DNA from: Carcharhinus amblyrhynchos
Taxonomy: Eukaryota
DNA: 64,000 nucleotides
Direction: 5' to 3'
NCBI GenBank assembly: GCA_965287045.1
Contig: OZ336877.1
Location: forward strand, 81,406,001 to 81,470,000
The notes under the pieces are model-generated. The model saw nothing but the letters and a program-made list of their open reading frames with translations. It searched no databases and was not told the origin of the DNA. Made by a program: the position numbers and the translations under genes. Shown in pieces: positions 47,463 to 58,264 of the stretch. Position 1 is the stretch's first letter. Every line of letters begins with the position of its first letter.

Positions 47463-48953
47463 TGCTGATAGTGATGAACAGTGACAGACAATACAGCAGG
47501 ATATAGATAGGCTGGTAAATTGGGCGGTGAAACGGCAGATGAAATTTAATCCAGATAAATGCAAGGTAATGCATTTTGGAAGAAATAATGTAGGGGGGAG
47601 TTATACAATAAATGGTAGGACCATTAAGAGTACAGAAACACAGAGAGACCTAGGTGTGCAAGTTCACAAGTCCTTGAAGGTGGCAGCACAGGTGGAGAAG
47701 GTGGTAAAGAAGGCATATGGTATGCTTGCCTTTATAGGAAGGGGTATTGAGTATAAAAGCTGGAGTCTAATGTTGCAGTTGTATAGAACGTTGGTTAGAC
47801 CACATTTGGAGTTCTGCATCCAGTTCTGGTTGCTGCACTACCGGGAGGACATGGAGGCCTTGGAGAGAGTGCAGAGGAGGTTTACCAGGATGCTGCCTGG
47901 CATGGAGGGTCTCAGCTATGAGGAGAGATTGGACAAATTGGGGTTGTTCTCCCTGGAAAGACAGAGAACAAGGGAAGACCTAATAGAGGTGTTTAAGATT
48001 ATAGGGTATAGACAGAGTGAACAGTGGGAAGCTTTTTCCCAGGTTGGATGCGAAAACCACAAGGGGTCATGGGCTTAAGGTGAGAGGGGTGAGGTATAAT
48101 TCATATGTTAGAGGGAGATTTTTCACACACAGGGTTGTGGGGGCCTGGAATGTACTGCCAAGTAGGGTGGTAGAGGCAGGCATGTTAGAATTGTTTAAGG
48201 CTTACCTAGACAGGCACGCAAGCACGCTAGAGATGGAGGGATGAAAAAGAATGTTCTAGTTGAGGATCAAGAGCCTCAGGACGTTCCTGGGAATTAATAG
48301 ATTCCTGTGGGCCGTCCAACATATTTTATGGCTCACCTGTCTCTTATGCTGGAGCTACTGGGGATCTTCCTTAATGTCTGTATAGGCTGTTGTACGTTTA
48401 TTGATGTCTTTTTTTTTTACATCCACAGGCGATTCGGTCCGCTTTGTTGGCCAACAAGGGGCATACACGCGGTGGGTCGTGCAAGGGCTGCTCTTGGATG
48501 TTGCTTCGAGAGTTGCCTTGCGCTTCACGTCGTTAGTGTATGCTTAAACTGGACCAACTGACGGGCGACACGACAGCTCAGTGACTATCACTGTTTACTG
48601 TGCAGTTACAGGGACCCGGGTTGGATCCGGCTTGGGTCAGTATCTGTGGGAGCTTGCACATTCTCCCTGTGCTTGCGTGGATTTTCTCCGGGTGCTCCGG
48701 TTTCCTCCAACACCCCAAAAATGTGCTTTTAGGCTGATTGGTGTTAATAAATTGTCCCTAAATTGGACCCCTCTTAATCTGGCGCACATATAATTCTCTA
48801 AATTTGCACCCCTTTATTGTGGAGTCCACAAGATGTAGTCAAGAGTCATAGGTAGAAGAAGGATTGGAATGAGGCACTCACTGAGTGTTAAAATGGGTGG
48901 CGCCGGCTTGTAGGGCCAAAGGGCCTGTTTCCTGTGCTGTGTTGTTCTTTGTT
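47463..48953 (+). mobile_element. 5'-truncated CR1 LINE with a ~700-nt composite 3' UTR
   Basis: RT C-terminal ORFs 47527-48078 and 48017-48244, then hairpins, a V-SINE-like segment and the CR1 tail; TSD CTTTGAACT at 47454-47462 and 48954-48962. Confidence 0.9.
48436..48555 (+). other. Putative structured RNA domain (three-way junction) in the LINE 3' UTR
   Basis: GGTCC/GGACC closing stem, CTTTGTT/AACAAGG hairpin and an ~83-nt hairpin GCATACAC...GTGTATGC; the same pairings occur in 29043-29158 (-). Confidence 0.65.
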
Positions 48954-49139
48954 CTTTGAACTAGAACATCAACAATCACATCAGGAAGACCATTGCAGTA
49001 TATGTGTTTAAAACAACTGAGGCCTAAAGCTATGAAAGTATATTGCAGTTTCATTTATGCAGCTGTGGAATTTGAAGTCTTTGTTTGCATATGAATGTCG
49101 CAAACCCACTCTATCTCCTAGAATATGAGTGGTGAATAG

Positions 49140-49295
49140 AAATACCACCACCTCCAAGCTCCCCTTTAAGTCACACATCACACCAACTTGGAAATATGTA
49201 ATTATTTCTTAATTGTCACTGGTTAAAATTTTTGGGTCTCCCTATCTAACACCATGTGTGGGAATTCCGTTACCACATGGGCTGCAGCTGTGAAA
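49140..49295 (+). mobile_element. Old CR1-clade (second family) 3' UTR fragment
   Basis: CACCACCTCCAAGCTCCCCTTTAAGTCACACATC...ACTTGGAAATAT resembles 10330-10460 and 33358-33578. Confidence 0.6.
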
Positions 49296-49309
49296 GATTG
49301 TGTATAAAT

Positions 49310-51011
49310 ATAGAACATAGAACATAGAACACTACAGCACAAACAGGCCCTTCGGCCCACAAGTTGCGCCGATCACATCATCACCTACCAACCTACAGAC
49401 CTATCTATAACCCTCAATCTCATTAAACCCCATATACTCATCCAGAAGTCTTTTAAAAGACCCCAGCGAGTTCGCCTCCACCACCACTGACGGCAGCCGA
49501 TTCCATTCACTCACCACCCTCTGAGTGAAAAACTTACCCCTAACATCACTTCTGAACCTCCCTCCCCGCACCTTAAATCTGTGTCCTCTCGTAGCGACCA
49601 TTTCAAACCGGGGAAATAGCCTCTGAGAGTCCACCCTATCTATTCCTCTCAACATTTTGTAAACTTCTATCAGGTCGCCTCTCAACCTTCGTCTCTCCAG
49701 GGAAAAGAGTCCCAGCTCCCTCAACCTAACTTCATAAGGCATGCCTCCCAGTCCAGGCAACATCCTTGTAAATCTCCTCTGCACCCTTTCAATAGCTTCT
49801 ACATCCTTCCTATAGTGAGGCGACCAGAACTGCGCACAATACTCCAAATGAGGCCTGACAAGGGTCTTATAAAGTTCCAGCATTACCTCCCGACTCCTAA
49901 ACTCAATCCCTCGATTAATGAAGGCCAGTACACCATACGCCTTCTTGACCACCTCCTCCACCTGCGAGGCCGATTTAAGAGTCCTGTGGACCCGGACCCC
50001 AAGATCCTTCTGCTCCTCAACACTACTCAGACTTCTGCCCTTGATAGTGTACTCGTTCATCCCGTTGGTTCTGCCAAAATGGACGACTACACATTTATCC
50101 GCGTTGAAGTCCATCTGCCACTTCTCCGCCCAGTCCTGCATCCTATCTATGTCCTGCTGCAACTTTTGCCATCCTTCCAGACCATCCACAACACCACCGA
50201 CCTTGGTGTCATCAGCGAACTTACTTACCCATCCCTCCACTTCCTCATCCAGGTCATTTATGAAAATGACAAACAACAAGGGTCCCAGAACAGATCCTTG
50301 AGGCACTCCGCTGGTGACTGACCTCCATTCAGAAAAAGCCCCATCCACAACCACTCTCTGCCTTCTGCAGGCAAGCCAGTTCTGGATCCACAAGGCCAAA
50401 GGCCCTTGGATCCCATGCCCTCTCACCTTCTCAAGAAGTCTTGCATGGGGGACCTTATCAAACGCCTTGCTGAAGTCCATGTACACTACGTCCACGGCAC
50501 TTCCTTCGTCAATGTGTTCAGTCACATTATCGAAGAACTCAACTAGGCTTGTAAGGCACGACCTGCCCTTGACAAATCCATGCTGACTATTCCTGATCAT
50601 GTCAAACCTCTCCAAATGTTCGTAAATCTTGTCCCTCAGAAGCCTCTCCATCAGCTTACCAACCACTGAGGTCAGACTCACCGGTCGGTAATTTCCCGGG
50701 CTATCTCTGTTCCCTTTCTTAAAAATAGGAACTACATCCGCAATCCTCCAATCCTCTGGAACCTCTCCCGTCTCCATTGACGACGCAAAGATCATCGCCA
50801 GGGGCTCTGCAATCTCTTCCCTCGCCTCCCACAGTATCCTGGGGTACATCCCATCTGGTCCCGGCGACTTATCTACCTTGATAGAATTCAAAAGTTCCAA
50901 CACATCCTCCTCCTTAATATTCACGTACTCAATCCTTTCCATCTGCTGCAAATCCATAACAAAATCTCCCAGATCGGCTTCCACCGTGAATACTGAGGCG
51001 AAGTACTCGTT
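49310..51011 (-). mobile_element. Young 5'-truncated CR1/HER1 LINE
   Basis: TAGAACA tail repeats, high CpG retention and an intact RT ORF. Confidence 0.95.
49401..50984 (-). CDS. CR1 ORF2 reverse transcriptase portion (527 aa uninterrupted), TE-derived
   Basis: All RT motifs are intact (MDFSKAFDKVPH, GVPQGSVLGP, FADDTK). Confidence 0.9.
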   Translation of the reverse strand: MEADLGDFVMDLQQMERIEYVNIKEEDVLELLNSIKVDKSPGPDGMYPRILWEAREEIAEPLAMIFASSMETGEVPEDWRIADVVPIFKKGNRDSPGNYRPVSLTSVVGKLMERLLRDKIYEHLERFDMIRNSQHGFVKGRSCLTSLVEFFDNVTEHIDEGSAVDVVYMDFSKAFDKVPHARLLEKVRGHGIQGPLALWIQNWLACRRQRVVVDGAFSEWRSVTSGVPQGSVLGPLLFVIFINDLDEEVEGWVSKFADDTKVGGVVDGLEGWQKLQQDIDRMQDWAEKWQMDFNADKCVVVHFGRTNGMNEYTIKGRSLSSVEEQKDLGVRVHRTLKSASQVEEVVKKAYGVLAFINRGIEFRSREVMLELYKTLVRPHLEYCAQFWSPHYRKDVEAIERVQRRFTRMLPGLGGMPYEVRLRELGLFSLERRRLRGDLIEVYKMLRGIDRVDSQRLFPRFEMVATRGHRFKVRGGRFRSDVRGKFFTQRVVSEWNRLPSVVVEANSLGSFKRLLDEYMGFNEIEGYR

Positions 51012-52179
51012 ATGAAAGAATCCAGCTCTAAAATAGGAGCTATGAGATTGATATAATGATGCTCCTTGGAAGTAGGGATTAAAAATTAAAGGCAGTGCTC
51101 AAATCAAAGCAGAGTTCATCTGCTGGACAAAAGGAAACCTTTTCAAAAATGTAAAAACTAGTCTCGGCATGATTTTGTGCTCAGGAACAATAATGTTCTG
51201 TAACATTGAAATGGGAAACACTTCACCATAAGGCATTTCTGAAAAAAAGAGAAACTGACCTATACATCACCTCAACAAGACATTGATAAAAGCAAAGAGC
51301 AATGGACAAATCTAGTAAAGATTGTCACTGAGCTTTACAGCACAGAAAGAAGCCATTGCGTCTCTCCTGCTCATTAAGCAACTGTCTATTCTATTCCCAT
51401 TTTCCTGCACTTGGTCTTGTATGCTGTGGCGTTCCAAGTGCTTAAATGAGAGGGGGTTTCCTTTGAGCCTGAATTGAACTAGTGTCTTAAGGATGTCAGT
51501 TTTAATCATCTACACGCCTCTGCTTTACCAGCTGAACTATCTGTTGTGTTGTACAAAGAATTGATCGAACCCCATTTGGACCCCATCAGGATATTCAATT
51601 ACGAGAAAGGATTTAGAAAGTCACACTTATGTTTCAGAAAGTGGGATTTTGAGGTACATTTTCAAGATTATGAAAAGTTGTTTGCTTTACCGAAAAGCTC
51701 AACTATTAGGGGGATGGAAGTTTAAAATTGGAGGTCAGAAATAAGGCTCACGTACAAACTCATAATGCGGTCATTTGAAAAGTCCTTCTCATTTTTAGAG
51801 GTGTTGTTCTATTTATTTTAAACTGGTTAATGTTACCACTAAAATAGTGACAAGGAATTTCAGACATATGTTTGCACCTCCACAACATAATTTTAGGAGT
51901 AAAATGGAACGTTAAGTTTTTTTCACTTTCGTTGCAGAAATAAGTAATTGAAGCAGACAGCATCAAGCATTTCAGGTGACAATCAGATACTTTTTTGGAG
52001 AACAAAAATGTCTGAGGCATATGCTAAATAGATGATTTTCTGTTGTGGTATCTTGTTTTACATGGTCATTTGAGAATGCAGTTGTGTGCAGCATGAACAT
52101 TTGATCACTTCCCCATCCTGAAATTGTATGAAGTACTAATTTTGAATGAAACCTCCAGTAAGGTTATACTTTGGTAGTA

Positions 52180-53198
52180 TTAGTTGAGTTACATTTGATG
52201 GCACTTTGACTTCTGCAATAATAGATTGTGGGTTTGAAGCTCTACACCAGGACTTGAGCATATCATCAAGGCTGAAGTGTCAATGTGTTTTTGAAGGAGT
52301 GCTGCGCTGTCAGAGTTGTCATTGGTTGAATGAAATGTTAAAACAGAGACATGTTACCTGCTCAGATGGACGTACATTCCACACTAAACGATTTGAATAA
52401 GAGAGTTCTAATATGCAGGCTTGATGGACTGAAGGGCCTGTTCCTGTGCAGTCTTGTTCTTCGTTCTTACCAACATCTATGGCTCAACATGTTGAATGTT
52501 GTATGTTCAGTGGGTTCAGAAGAGGTTCTGAACCTTGTATGGTTAAACGTAAGTGTTTATTGATAACACATAATCATGTGCATATCTACATTGAATCCTA
52601 TAGTGCCGAAGGAGGCCATTCAGCCCATCGAGTCTACACTGACACAATCCCATCCAGGCCCTATCCCCATACGTTTACCCTAAGCATGGCCAATCCAACT
52701 AATCCTAATCTGCACGTCTTTGGACTGTAGGAGGAAACAGGAGCACCTGGAGGAAACCCACACAGACACGCGGAAAACATGCAAACTTCTCACGGACAGT
52801 GACCCAAGTCTCTGTTGAATCGAACCTAGGCTTCTGGCACTGTGAGGCAGCAGTGCTAACCACTGAGCCGCTATGTCACCAGGGTTATATACAGGGTTTA
52901 ATCAAAGCTATGAGCTAACTCCATGTTTGCTTCTTCAAAGGGTGTCTGTTCAGTCACAACTGACCCAAGTCTCCCATCGTGTCATTACACTGTTTCCCAG
53001 TCCCACACTAACCCTTGCTATGCCAGATACTCTTGCACCACTGGACCAACACCACCAGAAATTTATCTCATAACTGAGTGTGATGTTTTGTTTTGGCAAC
53101 CATGACGGCACTTCAAAATATCCCTTTGCTGTGAAGTGCTTTGGATGACCTGAGGATGTGAAGTACTCTATATAAATGGATATTCAATTCTTCTTTTA
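52180..53198 (+). mobile_element. DeuSINE pieces (52180-52410 and 53095-53198) separated by younger inserts
   Basis: GGAGTGCTGCGCTGTCAGAG...GATGGACGTA and tail CACTTCAAAA...GTGCTTTGGATGACCTGAGG...TATATAAATG. Confidence 0.55.
52589..52880 (-). mobile_element. HE1-type V-SINE
   Basis: Head, V-domain and tail on the minus strand. Confidence 0.9.
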
Positions 53199-53795
53199 TG
53201 ATTTAGGGTCTGACAATCCATTTATGCAGATCTGAATCATTCAGTCAGAGTTAGATCTTGGGAGATTTATCACAAGGTTATATTGCTTCAGTATAATTGC
53301 TTTCCTCAGCTCCAGCTCAAAAATTACTTTAGCCGTTGATTTGTTTTATTGTGCTTAGTTGGGGGTCTTAAATGGTGTGGGAATATTCTTACTCAGTTTT
53401 TAATTTGTGAAAATGACTTGCTGGTCTTTGATTGCCTTTTATGATATAATGGATAGGTGCAGCAGTAATAACCCAAGAACACAATTATGGATTAATTCTG
53501 TGTTTCAGTAAATATAGTCTTGACATAATTCAAATATTGTTGTAATTTGATTTTCCTGTGTTTGTGGTTTTGCTGGATCAAAATCTATCTTTATCATTTT
53601 TAGATTATGGTCAGAATTTTCATTTAATGTAGTGATGGGTCGCAAAGTCAGCACAATTCTCACTCTGTGGCAGGATGGAGTTTAACAACAGATCTTCGGC
53701 CTTTCCGTTCATTGAATTCTGCATCAAGGAGCTTGTGGTGGGCAGCTATTCACCTGCCCAGCTGTGGAGGTCAAAGGTCCTGGTGCCAGATTTAG

Positions 53796-54028
53796 CTAAA
53801 GATAAAGTCGCCATACTCCCAGATGACTGTAGGCTGCTGTCTCTTTTGAGTGGAAGAGCTGCCTGATGGTGATTTAACCTGAGGATTTTACACCTTAGGT
53901 GAGAGGAGTAAAGTTGAGAAGGCAGGATTTCATGAATAATATCAGCTGGTATGGAAACTGAATCCATGCTGTTGACGTCGCTTTGCATCACAAATCAACT
54001 GTCCAGCCAACTGAGATAAACTGACCCC
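53796..54028 (-). mobile_element. Distinct old tRNA-headed SINE
   Basis: Minus strand reads GGGGTCAGTTTATCTCAGTTGGCTGG...GGATTCAGTTTCC, CCTCAGGTTAAATCACC, and ends TATGGCGACTTTATCTTTA. Confidence 0.6.
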
Positions 54029-54534
54029 CTGCACACACACTTACTCACTGCTGGCCAGGTAATCCATGGCACCTAAAAGATCTATACCTTCAACTTCCTT
54101 GGTTCAACGAGGCCTCTCTGGTTGTGCTCCAGGAATGGCAGAGGGTCCTCTTTCCTCAGGATGGGATCTGGAGATACACCCACCTGAGTAAAGGCAACCT
54201 TGGATGAGGTCAGTACCCATGGCACACAAAAAAGGCCACCCTGCAGGGCAGGAAAAGGACAAATGATCTGCTGTGCTTCGTCAGGGTAAGTGAACCTTCT
54301 CACAAAATGTGCAGTGTCATATGTGTGTTAGACAGAGTTCACAGGGATGCCAAATGATTAGCTGATGAGACATCAGCACTGATTGTCTGCCAGCCTACTT
54401 TAATCTCACCATCTCCTGTAGGATCCTACACAACTGATGTTTTAATCCCTTATTGGCGAGGACTGAGCACACACAGGGGGCATGCATGCTCTGGGACTAC
54501 TCTTTCATCCATAGCTCTTACAGTTGATTGCTTT

Positions 54535-54861
54535 CATAGAATCAAAGAATCCTTACAGTGCCGAAGGAGGCATTCAGCCCATCAGGTCTGCACTGACAAC
54601 AATCTCACCTAGGCCCTATTCCCAGATATTTAATCTGCTAATTCCTCTAAACTGCTCATCCCGGAAACTAAATGGCAATTTAGCATGGCCAGTGTACCTA
54701 ACTTTCACATCTTTGAACTGTGGGAGGAAATTGGAACACCCAGAGGAAACCAGTGCTGACATGGGGAAAATGTGCAAGCTCGACAAAGAGTCATCCAAGG
54801 CCAGAATTAAACCCAGGTCCCTGGAGCTGTGAGACAGCAGTGCTAACCACTGTGCCACCCG
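54535..54861 (-). mobile_element. HE1-type V-SINE
   Basis: Head, V-domain and CR1-type tail. Confidence 0.9.
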
Positions 54862-55921
54862 GTCTATCTTTATCAAGACACTATTTCAGCCGGATTTGCA
54901 CTGGAACTTGAACTCCATTGCTCTAGCCTTGGGTACACTCCAGCACTGGCAAGGTGAGAAGTCTGCCTCACTTCAGGTGCCCCTTCTCCTCAGTGAGCAA
55001 AGGAGAGGCAAATTGGACACCTAAAGGGAGGAGGAGCACCAGCCAGAAACCTGGGGACATTGACCCAGGATTCTTGAAGGGTAGCCTGCTGCTTCACTTC
55101 TACCAATGACCCCATCGGCTCCTGTGGGTCAGGACGAGGAGGGTGCAGTTGCGCTGGTGCAGGAGACCTTTAGCAGGTTATGGCCTTCCAGACCTCGGCG
55201 TCCCAGAAAATACCCACTAAAGTAATCTCAGACAGCAGGGTGTAGCTGTCTACAGACCCTGTCTCTCCCCACCCCCGAACCAACCCCTGAATTATCTCTC
55301 ATCTTGTTCCTCTGTTCCACATAATCTCACACAATTTCACCACAATCAATTGTCTTTGATTTCACATTACCAACATGAACGAATTTCTATGTGAAAACAA
55401 TGTCTTCACGATAAACACACAACTCTTGCATCTGAGACACATATTAGATAATCTCGTGAGAAATATTCAGACAGTCATTAATCTGATGATGTTGCACTGA
55501 TGACTCTTTGTGTCGTAAGTTGAAACCTTTTATTCCAGATGCACTCTGCATGGCCTTTATCTTATGATTATGAGGTTTTGGTAAAAGTATTATTCATCAT
55601 GGAGCATCATAGTCCTTTATGCCTCCCTGCTGTGTTGTTTTATCACTAGCTTTAAGGCTGAATGTTTCTCCTTTATTATTGTCCACTCTCCCCATGCAAG
55701 TTGCTGAGCGATGGAGGTTAGTACCACTCAATGACAGTTGAAGTGTCTGCTAGACAGGAATGAGAGTGTGATATCGGAATTGTGTGTTCTAATGAAGCTG
55801 TCCAGTTACCTGTGAGGATGTTACTTTGCTTCTGAATGGCTGCCTAGTGATCATTAACAGAAATGGAATTCATGACAATGCATTCAGTGACTAAGATTTA
55901 ATGGGAAGGATTGGCCTATGA

Positions 55922-56203
55922 GTGGCACGTTGGCACAGTGGTTAGTACTGCTACCTCACAGCACCAGGGACCCAGATTCAATTCCCAGATTGGGCGACTG
56001 TGCGGACTCTGCACATTCTCCCAGCATCTGCATGGGTTTCTTCCCACAGTCTGAAAGCCATGCTGGTTAGGTGAATTGTTCATACTAAATACTCCCTCAG
56101 TGCAACTGAACAGGCACCAGAGTGTGGCGACAAGGGAATTTTCACAGTAACTTCATTGCAATGTTAATGCACACCTACTTGTGACACTAATAAATAAACT
56201 TTA
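55922..56203 (+). mobile_element. V-SINE with HE1-like head and Rex1-like tail
   Basis: TGGCACAGTGG A-box and V-domain, ending TTTTCACAGTAAC...CTTGTGACACTAATAAATAAACTTT. Confidence 0.85.
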
Positions 56204-57980
56204 AATTTTGCGAGATGGACAGTGTTGAAGTTTGCAGTGGTATGAAACCCATGGTCTGGAACGTCATCTGATTGCTCATCAGTATCTGTGAAGGGACTAA
56301 GTTATCATTGGCTGCAGTGTCGAGACTGGGTCACAGTCATCTCTCCCAGATGCCAAAACAATGTAGCAAGAAACTACAAAGGGTCATGAATGAAAAACTA
56401 AACATATTTTAAGAAAAGGGAACTGATCTCACATGCTGAGACACCTCCCTGACTTTTTCTTCTGACTTGATTTCCAAACTGTGTATTGGATGGTAAAGTC
56501 AAAAATGGTGCTGCTGATATTCATTTGGAAGTCCAACCTCCCCCAGAATCCACTAAATCCTGCGCCCCCCCCCTCCCTCCTCACTGATTCTTAGTTTGCC
56601 TTCCTCAAATAACTATCCCACCTCCTGGTTACCCTTAAATCTATCATTATCCATGTTTATAGTTCCGTCTCCATCACACCACCCCCCCCCATGACTTTTC
56701 TGCTTCTGACTTGCAGGTTGCAGATGCCTCCTTTGATCATGACTGTGCCACTTGCCTCATGGTATTGTGGCTCCTACCCTCAGGATCAACTTCCTTGGGT
56801 GACTGATCATGCCCTACATATCATATTGTGTATGACCATCACTGCCCAGAGAGACCTTCCCTGGGACTGAGACATGTTTGCCATGCAGTGTCCTCTAACA
56901 TGATCTGCACAGCTCCAGGACAGTCTCTTCAATATGCCCCAAACAACATGGCCTCAGTCCAGTAACATCTCTTCAATCTGCCACCAACAGCATGGTCTCA
57001 GCCCCAGAACAGTATCTACGCCTTCTTCGACAGTCTTATAACACTTGCCCCAGGATAGTTTTTCTCTCCCATGAGCTATATCTCCCTATCACCACCAGTT
57101 CTGCATCCATCTCCACCCGCTCTCACTCCTCCCCTGCCCCACCCCACCCCAACCCCTAGTATTTCCATCTATTAGCCTTGGCACAGCTTCTGATACAAGC
57201 ACTTCATCTCGCAGCACCATTCTTAAAGGTAGGTGAAAGCAGCATCTATGTATATCAAAGTTATTGATAAACTGAAGCTCACCGGATGCATGTCATTTGT
57301 ATATAGTCAAAAAACAGACCATTCTAATTGTCTGCTGACAGGACCTCAATTTGGAGGGTGAACATAATTCTGGTGAGTTGGCCTTTTAATGAACATTTAT
57401 GAGGAGCAAATGAATGTAAGTGTTGGAAACTTGGTCTGCCTTTAACCCAACCCATTAAAGTCAACAAGAGAACAAAATTCCAAACTAATTTTCTATTAGC
57501 AGGAAAACTTGACTTTTTCCAACATGCCAAATTATGTGGCCCAGCCCACCATTATTCCACCACTCGTGGGAGCGGAAAACTCCACCTTGTATCTCCCTCC
57601 TTATATTTTGTATAGGGCTGCATTAATTTTATTCAGTGTCTTTACTGTTCTGTCACAGGTCAGGAGAGTCAGAAGAGTCAGACAGTAGAAGCAGCTATGA
57701 CTTCCGAGTGTAAACGCGCATCTCGTGAAGAAACATTATGCTAAACATAATATCAATAACAGTTGAATTAATATTTTTATGTGAAGTGTTTTTGTTATTT
57801 CAAATGATGCCTTTGTTCCAGTAGAGTACGTAGGAGTTTTGGAGTCTGAATGAACACATTTGTTATTCAATTAGTGTGATTTTAATGCACATCTGAATTG
57901 TATTTCCATGTTATACAGAAGTTACTGAACTGTGACAGAGAAATTTGAGGTGAAGTTTTATATGATTCTTTTTGTAACAA

Positions 57981-58264
57981 AAGTTAAAGTTTTATTTATT
58001 AGTCACAAGTAAGGCTTACATTAACACTGTAATGAAGTTCCTGTGAAATTCCCCTGGTTGCCACATTCTGGCACCTGTTTGGGTTAATGCACCAAACCAG
58101 CACATCTTTGAGAACGTGGGAGGAAACCTGAGCACCTGGAGGAAACCCACACCGACATAAGGAGAATGTGCAAACTCCACACTGACAGTGACTGAAGCCA
58201 GGAATTGAACCTGGGACCCTGGTGCTGTGAGGCAGCAGTGCTAACCACTGTGCCATCATGCCAC
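57981..58264 (-). mobile_element. V-SINE with Rex1-like tail
   Basis: Reverse-complement homologue of 55922-56203; possible AACAAAA TSD. Confidence 0.85.

Larger units (their letters stand above)
53608..57587 (+). mobile_element. Possible very degraded PIF/Harbinger-type DNA transposon
   Basis: Weak TIR-like ends; 54135-54290 encodes RVLFPQDG...KRTNDL, reminiscent of the Harbinger Myb/SANT-like protein; internal ~45-bp repeats at 56910-57020. Confidence 0.3.

Noticed and set aside
48429-48561. Cys-rich peptide (GGSCxGCSW) apparently shared by both UTR copies
   Set aside because: One copy has a stop and several indels are not multiples of three; RNA pairing explains the conservation better.
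56910-57020. ~45-bp repeats, and the 900-1108 repeats, considered as CRISPR-like arrays
   Set aside because: Degenerate tandem units without unique spacers, in a vertebrate context with no cas genes.
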